Source of the DNA: Calditrichia bacterium
GTDB taxonomy: Bacteria > Calditrichota > Calditrichia > RBG-13-44-9 > J075
Length of the DNA stretch: 64,000 nucleotides
Direction: 5' to 3'
Assembly: GCA_050633245.1 (NCBI GenBank)
Contig: JBOEGD010000030.1
Location: forward strand, 1-64,000
A program made the translations under genes and the position numbers. Positions 58,336 to 64,000 of this stretch are shown piece by piece (within the stretch, counting starts at the first letter, position 1; every line of letters begins with the position of its first letter). Under the pieces are notes generated by a model. The model was not told the origin of the DNA, ran no database searches, and worked only from the letters and a program-made list of their open reading frames with translations.

Positions 58336-58766
58336 ACCGCAACCTTATCGCTTTTCATTTTGTACTGCCTTAAGCCGAAAAGAAACGTACCAAAAGCGAT
58401 CCCGCCGATGGTAAACAGTGCTCCCAGCTTTCCCTCACCGAGCATTGCCAGAACGGTTCCGGGACACGCTCCGGCTAAGCCCCAACCGGCCCCCATAATA
58501 AGCGAGCCCGGGATTAAGCTTTGCTTGTAAGGTTTTCCTTCGAAGCTTAACGGCTTGTTATCTACAACGGCACTCCACGCTTGCTTTTTAAGTAGCCCCT
58601 TGCCGATAGCGCCAACTGTAGCAGCAGCAGCAATAACCCACATCAGCTGAAAGTTCTCAAATAAAAAAAGCTGTGCATAAAAATCGTATGTTGTGGCACC
58701 GGCACGGCTCAACAAGAAACCGAATAAAATACCCATGCCCAGGAATCCAAATTTCATTGTATTCAC
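58332..58766 (-). CDS. YeeE/YedE family sulfur transporter subunit
   Basis: GILFGFLL, GAGWGLAGACPGT. Confidence 0.88.
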   Translation of the reverse strand: MNTMKFGFLGMGILFGFLLSRAGATTYDFYAQLFLFENFQLMWVIAAAATVGAIGKGLLKKQAWSAVVDNKPLSFEGKPYKQSLIPGSLIMGAGWGLAGACPGTVLAMLGEGKLGALFTIGGIAFGTFLFGLRQYKMKSDKVAV

Positions 58767-58770
58767 TCCG

Positions 58771-59265
58771 TTACATCACATTAAATAGAAGTTGAACTAT
58801 TACGATACCGCCCACAAAGAACCCGGCTGAGGCTAAAAAGCTTGGCGGGTTAAGCAAAGACATGCCGGCAATTGAGTGTCCGCTCGGACAACCACCAGCG
58901 AGACGAGCTCCAAGTCCGATCAGTGTACCACCGGCAAACAGCACCGCCCCTTTTGCCCACAGGGCTTGCGGCAAAACAGATTCGTACATCGCACCCATGT
59001 TAAAGCTGAGTTCTATTCCTCCCGGAGAAGTGAGCGCAGCAAGTAAGCCACCTAAAGGAAGCCCAACAATAAACCATAAACGCCAGTCAGTGGAATCCGT
59101 AAAAGAGCCCTTCCGAAAAAAAGGATGATTTGTAACCATTCCACATAGGTTTCCATAAGCAGAGGAAACACCTAATGCTTTTCCGGTTACAGCATATTGA
59201 AAAATAGCATACAAGCCGATGGCAATTCCGCCAACCCAACCCGGCCATACAATAACTTCGGTCAT
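58771..59265 (-). CDS. YeeE/YedE family sulfur transporter subunit
   Basis: LGVSS, GARLAGGCPSGH. Confidence 0.88.
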   Translation of the reverse strand: MTEVIVWPGWVGGIAIGLYAIFQYAVTGKALGVSSAYGNLCGMVTNHPFFRKGSFTDSTDWRLWFIVGLPLGGLLAALTSPGGIELSFNMGAMYESVLPQALWAKGAVLFAGGTLIGLGARLAGGCPSGHSIAGMSLLNPPSFLASAGFFVGGIVIVQLLFNVM

Positions 59266-59280
59266 TTCATAATCCTCGTT

Positions 59281-60705
59281 CTAAACAATAATTCCATCAG
59301 CTTTTGCCCAGGCCAGAAATCCGCCATCCAATTGCACAGCTTTATAGCCTTTGCTTGCCAAAAGTCCAACCGCATAAGATGAACGGACGCCCGATCGGCA
59401 GTGAACCCAAATTTCGCGATCATTCGGTATTTTATCCAGGTGATCCAGCAGACGAGTATGCGCGATATTTAACGTCCCGGCTAAATGGCCTTCCTCATAT
59501 TCGTCCGGGCGACGCACGTCTAAAACGAGCAGCGGGTCATTGGTAGGGCAATTTTTAAGATCGGTCATGGGACGACAGGTAATTTGCTCCGTTGCTGTGC
59601 TCGAAGCGGCCAATTCTGCAGGCGTCGCATAACCAACCACATTGTCCAGACCAATGCGAACCAGATCCAGCACCAGCGATTCAATTTGATCATCTTCAGC
59701 AATAAGAAACAGATCCTGCTTTTCTTCTGCATAAGACCCGGAAACCGGGGAAAATGCTTTTCCAAATGGCGTAAACAAAGCTCCGGGAAGATGGCCTTCA
59801 ACGTAAGACGTCCATGCGCGCGTATCCAGAATGGCTGCGCCGTTTTTATTGGCTTGAATAATATCTGAGACAGATGTTTTTGCGGGCTTCGGCAGATCAC
59901 CCAGAATTGCTGGTCCCATTTTATTTTGCTGCTTCATCCGACCGAAATATAGCGGCGGCGCTGGCTGTCCGGTTGTAATCGCTTTTACAAAGCTATCCTC
60001 ACCGCTGGTAAAGTTAACGGAAGCATTGAAGCGCTTCTCGTATCCTACCGTACTCTGCGGTACAGCGCCAAGAGCTTTTCCACAGGCACTTCCGGCACCA
60101 TGCCCTGGCCAGAGCTGCAAATAATCTGGTAAATGTTTAAACTCCTGAATAGACTGATATAGCGTTTTAGCGGAGTCTTCCTGAGTTCCAACGATTCCGG
60201 CAGCCGTCTCCAGCAGGTCAGGACGTCCCACATCGCCGACGAAAACAAAATCTCCGCTGGCAATTCCCATCGGCTCGGCAATGCCGCTTCCCTTATCGGT
60301 TACCAAAAAGCTGATATGCTCCGGCGTATGTCCGGGAGTATGCAGCGTTTTGAACTCAATATTGCCAATCATAAAGGTGTCGTTGTGCTTTAGCAGCTGA
60401 TGCTCATAACTACCGCCGCCGGACTTACTGTTCAACCACAAATATTTCCAGTCGGCATCACCTTCATCTGAAACATAGACTTTCGCCCCGATACGTTCCG
60501 CAAGCTCACGTGCTCCGGAAAGAAAGTCTGCATGGATATGCGTCTCGGTTACTGCGGTAATTTTCAATTTTTCCTGAGCGGCAACATCAATATAACGATC
60601 CACGTCGCGCTGAGGGTCAATTACAATCGCCTCACCTGTTTTCTGACAGCCGATTAAATATGCAGCCTGCGCCAGATGTTCGTCAAAAAGCATGCGAAAA
60701 AACAT
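59281..60705 (-). CDS. Persulfide dioxygenase-rhodanese fusion (CstB-like)
   Basis: ETHIHADFLSG, TPGHTPEH, GDVGRPDL, PGHGAGSACG, two rhodanese domains with HCRSGVRS; SD GGAGG. Confidence 0.9.
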   Translation of the reverse strand: MFFRMLFDEHLAQAAYLIGCQKTGEAIVIDPQRDVDRYIDVAAQEKLKITAVTETHIHADFLSGARELAERIGAKVYVSDEGDADWKYLWLNSKSGGGSYEHQLLKHNDTFMIGNIEFKTLHTPGHTPEHISFLVTDKGSGIAEPMGIASGDFVFVGDVGRPDLLETAAGIVGTQEDSAKTLYQSIQEFKHLPDYLQLWPGHGAGSACGKALGAVPQSTVGYEKRFNASVNFTSGEDSFVKAITTGQPAPPLYFGRMKQQNKMGPAILGDLPKPAKTSVSDIIQANKNGAAILDTRAWTSYVEGHLPGALFTPFGKAFSPVSGSYAEEKQDLFLIAEDDQIESLVLDLVRIGLDNVVGYATPAELAASSTATEQITCRPMTDLKNCPTNDPLLVLDVRRPDEYEEGHLAGTLNIAHTRLLDHLDKIPNDREIWVHCRSGVRSSYAVGLLASKGYKAVQLDGGFLAWAKADGIIV

Positions 60706-60744
60706 GAGGGATCCTCCGATAGAAGTAGTGTCAACCAAAACAAT

Positions 60745-60871
60745 ATAACTTTCAGAGAATATAATACGCTATTTCAAAAAAGTCAACAGACAGAACAAAA
60801 TCGTCCTAAATCGGGTTTGATCGCATCAAAAAAACTGTTTTTTCTGCTTTGAAACATTCCTCTGAAGGAAT
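60745..60871. promoter_or_regulatory. Two putative ArsR (SqrR/BigR-type) operator boxes
   Basis: ATTC-CTCTGAAG-GAAT at 60856-60871 and ATAA-CTTTCAGA-GAAT at 60745-60760. Confidence 0.55.
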
Positions 60872-60908
60872 ATATTGATATGGTAAACGCCAAAAAGAGG
60901 CTCTGAAG

Positions 60909-61229
60909 ATGTCTAAACTTGTTCCCTCCCACCTTCTTGAACGCGCTGCTAAGCGATTTCGCATTCTGAGCGAACCGCTTCGCCTGCAAATCCTGAATAT
61001 GCTTATGGTTGAATCTGAAATGAGCGTCATGGAATTGGTTGACGCAACCGGTCAACAGCAGGCAAACATCAGTAAACATCTGGCATTACTCGCCAATGAA
61101 CAGATCCTCGCCCGGCGCAAAGACGGCGTGAAAGTCTACTATAGCCTGGATGATCCGAGTATTCATGGGATTTGCACATTGGTATGCGGGCAGCTCGAAC
61201 AACTACAGAATACAGAAGCGACAAGGTGA
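60909..61229 (+). CDS. ArsR/SmtB family transcriptional regulator
   Basis: FRILSEPLRLQIL, QANISKHLALL, RRKDG..VYYSL; C-terminal ICTLVC. Confidence 0.93.
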   Translation: MSKLVPSHLLERAAKRFRILSEPLRLQILNMLMVESEMSVMELVDATGQQQANISKHLALLANEQILARRKDGVKVYYSLDDPSIHGICTLVCGQLEQLQNTEATR

Positions 61230-61434
61230 GTGGGTGATGTGAGTAGCGCCGACCGATGTGCAACGCAGAGAATGGAATACCGCAAAGAAACAACTAAATT
61301 GGTGCAATTTCCTACAATACGATGTTGAATTTAGTTGGGAATAGTGATAATACAACGCGACGGGACTTCGACAAGATTTAGCCTAATTCATTTTTCGGTT
61401 ACAATTACCAAAACCCCGACACGGAAACTAGAAA

Positions 61435-62550
61435 ATGCTCAGACGACCTCTATTATACCTTCACGCTTTCATCCTGCTAACACTTCAATTCTGCCTGGCT
61501 CAATCCCATGAATCTCAAATACAGGCATTGCTGGATTCAACGCTGGCTGCCAATCCGCAGGCCGTTGGAATTATGGTGCATGTAGAAGCACCTGATTTAC
61601 AACTCTCCTTTAGCTCGGCGGCAGGCAATGTAAAAAAGGATTCGAACCTGCGACTTAAGCCACTACAGCCAGTATTAATTGCCAGCAATACTAAAACGGT
61701 CGTAGCAGCAGCCATTTTGCGATTAGCAGAAATGAAAAAGCTTCAGCTCGATGAAGCCATCGCTCCATTTTTGCACAAGAAGACATCAGCGGCATTGCTG
61801 GCCAGAGGATACCCGCTAGAATCAATTACGCTGATTCACCTGCTGTCACACACCTCAGGCATCACAGATTACGTCAATGACGCATACTTCGATTCAGTCG
61901 ATACCCAGCCGCAAAAACAATGGACCCGCGACGAACAAATCGAGCTGGCGATAACTGTCACTGATACACTCGTTGAACCGGGAAAAACATTCAGCTACGG
62001 CGACATCAACTATCTGCTACTTACCGAAGTCATCGAGACCTGCACCGGAAAGCCATTTTGGAAGGTCATTCCTGAGCTGCTGAACTTTTCAGCGAATAAT
62101 ATCAATGCAATGTGGTTTGTTAATCTCGAAGAAGCTCCGGCAGACGCTCTGCCGTTAGCTCATCAATATTGGGAAACGCGAGGGTGGGATTCGTATAATC
62201 TAAATCCATCCTGGGATCTTCACGGTGGCGGTGGACAGGCAGCAACAACCAAAGATCTTGCTGTTTTTTTTCAACAACTATTCACCGAACAAATAGTGAG
62301 GGATTCCGTATTGCTAAAAAGGATGTATACTCTTGTACTGCCAAAGAGTAAATCGATTTACTGTCTTGGTCTCAGGAAAATCAGCTTCGACGGTTATGAA
62401 GCCTATTATCATGGTGGCTTTTGGGGAACAGACGCTATGTATCTTCCCAAACTCAACATGACCATAGCAGCATTTACGCTGGAAAAGGATCAGCGAAACC
62501 ATAATGCCGATTTAAGCAAACGGATTATAAAGCTGCTTACCAAACCATAG
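61435..62550 (+). CDS. Secreted serine hydrolase (beta-lactamase/D-Ala carboxypeptidase-like)
   Basis: ASNTK, LLSHTSGI, FSYGDINY, HGGFWG. Confidence 0.88.
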   Translation: MLRRPLLYLHAFILLTLQFCLAQSHESQIQALLDSTLAANPQAVGIMVHVEAPDLQLSFSSAAGNVKKDSNLRLKPLQPVLIASNTKTVVAAAILRLAEMKKLQLDEAIAPFLHKKTSAALLARGYPLESITLIHLLSHTSGITDYVNDAYFDSVDTQPQKQWTRDEQIELAITVTDTLVEPGKTFSYGDINYLLLTEVIETCTGKPFWKVIPELLNFSANNINAMWFVNLEEAPADALPLAHQYWETRGWDSYNLNPSWDLHGGGGQAATTKDLAVFFQQLFTEQIVRDSVLLKRMYTLVLPKSKSIYCLGLRKISFDGYEAYYHGGFWGTDAMYLPKLNMTIAAFTLEKDQRNHNADLSKRIIKLLTKP

Positions 62551-62569
62551 AATACCAGAGGTAATACTT

Positions 62570-62758
62570 ATGAAAAAGAATCAGGCTGGAGCGTTCTTTA
62601 TCGGCCTCGGCAGCGTCACAGTTGTCGCAGGGCTTGTTCAGTACTTTATTGGAGCAGACTTTTTCAACTACTCTTTTACCATTTTTATCGGAGTTACTTT
62701 ATGCGGTATAGCCTCGCTTTTGGGGAATACAGAGAAAAAGACTGACGGTGAACGGTGA
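62570..62758 (+). CDS. Small 2-TM membrane protein
   Basis: Two hydrophobic helices; SD GAGGT. Confidence 0.7.
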   Translation: MKKNQAGAFFIGLGSVTVVAGLVQYFIGADFFNYSFTIFIGVTLCGIASLLGNTEKKTDGER

Positions 62759-62856
62759 ACGAAAAATAAATGCCTCAGGGTTTACAAATCAAAAAGATCT
62801 TCCTGTAGAACCAAAAGCCACAAGCCGTGTATTGAGAAGTAAACAACAAGGCAAAA

Positions 62857-63786
62857 ATGAATATCCCACTCCTTATTCTGGTATTAGTGCTAACTTTCAG
62901 CTGTTCGCAAGACACGCCCCAACTTAACAAAGAGACCTCCACTGCCGATGCTTTAAAACGCATTGTTGCCGAGCACTACCAACTTACGATTCCAAAACAA
63001 CAAACCGGACTTCTGATCCTTTTTCCATGCTTTCCCTGCAATGCTGAAAATACCGAACTTGAATTTGATATCGTGAATTTGGCTGCACAAAACGAGGTCG
63101 CCGTTTTGATGATGAATTTTAGTCAGCGTTTATGGCTATCCGATGCAGAGAATGCTGAGCTTGAGCGACAAATATCGGAAGCCATTACAAAGAACAATCT
63201 AAATTCAAATAATATCTACATTGGTGGATTTTCCAGCGGCGGCAATGTCTCACTTCTGCTGGCAAATCATCTCATCAAGATCGAATCTGACATTCAACCC
63301 AAGGGTGTGTTTATTGTCGATTCACCGATTGACCTGCTCGGTCTATACGAGAATGCCGTAGACAACATTACCAGGAATTATTCCGCTGTAGCCGTCGAAG
63401 AGTCCAAATGGATTGTCAATACATTCGACCGTGAATTTGGCAATGGAGATTCCAGCATTGCTCGCTACGAAGCAACATCTCCGTTTATTTCCAAGACTAA
63501 TTCAACAGTAAACCTGACTCACCTGGAAGACATGCAAATCCGCTTCTACTCAGAGCCCGATACTGCCTGGTGGAAAAAGAACAGACAAACGGATTACGAA
63601 GGTACAAATGCCTTCTATATTGAGAAGCTCGCCATCGAACTAAAAAAGCAATATGGTGATAACGCCGTTGAGTATATAGCGACTAAAAACAAAGGCTATA
63701 GAAACAACGGTGAACGGCATCCGCACTCCTGGTCTATTGTGGACAAGCAAAGCCTGATGGACTGGATGATAAGCGGTGAGCGGTGA
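62857..63786 (+). CDS. Alpha/beta hydrolase lipoprotein
   Basis: Lipobox TFSC, IGGFSSGG nucleophile, RHPHSWSIV. Confidence 0.8.
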   Translation: MNIPLLILVLVLTFSCSQDTPQLNKETSTADALKRIVAEHYQLTIPKQQTGLLILFPCFPCNAENTELEFDIVNLAAQNEVAVLMMNFSQRLWLSDAENAELERQISEAITKNNLNSNNIYIGGFSSGGNVSLLLANHLIKIESDIQPKGVFIVDSPIDLLGLYENAVDNITRNYSAVAVEESKWIVNTFDREFGNGDSSIARYEATSPFISKTNSTVNLTHLEDMQIRFYSEPDTAWWKKNRQTDYEGTNAFYIEKLAIELKKQYGDNAVEYIATKNKGYRNNGERHPHSWSIVDKQSLMDWMISGER

Positions 63787-63797
63787 GCGGTGAGCGA
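63774..63797. repeat. Heptamer repeat (CGGTGAG)x3 overlapping the stop codon
   Basis: Read directly; related (CGGTGAA)x2 at 62746-62759. Confidence 0.75.
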
Positions 63798-63876
63798 AGT
63801 TTGCTGCGGTTGATAATTCATCCAACAAAGATCTAAGGCGTGTCCAGGTAGTGTTCTTGTCTCGTCGCCTTGTCTT

Positions 63877-63973
63877 CCCATAAGCGAAGCGACCAATAAG
63901 TCCCGAAGGGATGGCCTACCAGCGCCAAAGGCGCGACCCACCCCCTACCAGCGAACGCAGTGAGCGGTCTACC
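63877..63973. repeat. Cluster of short GC-rich mini-hairpins separated by similar linkers
   Basis: GCGAAGC, TCCCGAAGGGA, GCGCCAAAGGCGC, GCGAACGCAGTGAGC; CCTACCAGCG occurs twice. Confidence 0.5.
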
Positions 63974-64000
63974 CTCGTCACTGTTGATTCTCCGCATTCT

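Noticed and set aside
61291-61337. CAACTAAATT/AATTTAGTTG inverted repeat after arsR
   Set aside because: AT-rich 10-bp stem with a 27-nt loop and no U-tract; could arise by chance.
97-63941. Numerous short antisense or overlapping ORFs in the six-frame track
   Set aside because: They lie within well-supported longer genes and show no independent SD or domain signal.

Overview
Chromosomal window (about 62 CDS) from a diderm bacterium that uses Shine-Dalgarno sequences and encodes QNYPNPFN/FlgD-type C-terminal sorting domains and a GWxTD protein. This suggests a Calditrichota/KSB1/Ignavibacteria-like lineage (inference only). Content: a beta-propeller sensor kinase with a NarL-type regulator, many secreted hydrolases and lipoproteins, a Crp/TrmB/Lrp regulator cluster, a monomeric class II ribonucleotide reductase with an ATP-cone, an ECF sigma opposite a STAS protein, a B12 radical SAM enzyme, xerD, and an ArsR-controlled persulfide/sulfur operon. 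I saw no rRNA, tRNA, CRISPR array or transposase. The most striking unexplained signal is a dispersed modular intergenic repeat family. Its 26-bp core TGGAGCATTGTYAGAATGGAGCAGTC occurs 7 times at 5 loci, with ~100-bp tandem doublets and an associated GGAGCAGTTTT-N-AAAACTGCTCC palindrome, and it brackets single genes as direct or inverted copies. Also notable: two genes that appear to start at CTG in CTGA overlaps, an unannotated 32-aa membrane peptide, several operator/promoter motifs and diverse heptamer microsatellites. All product calls come from motif recognition by eye, not database searches.
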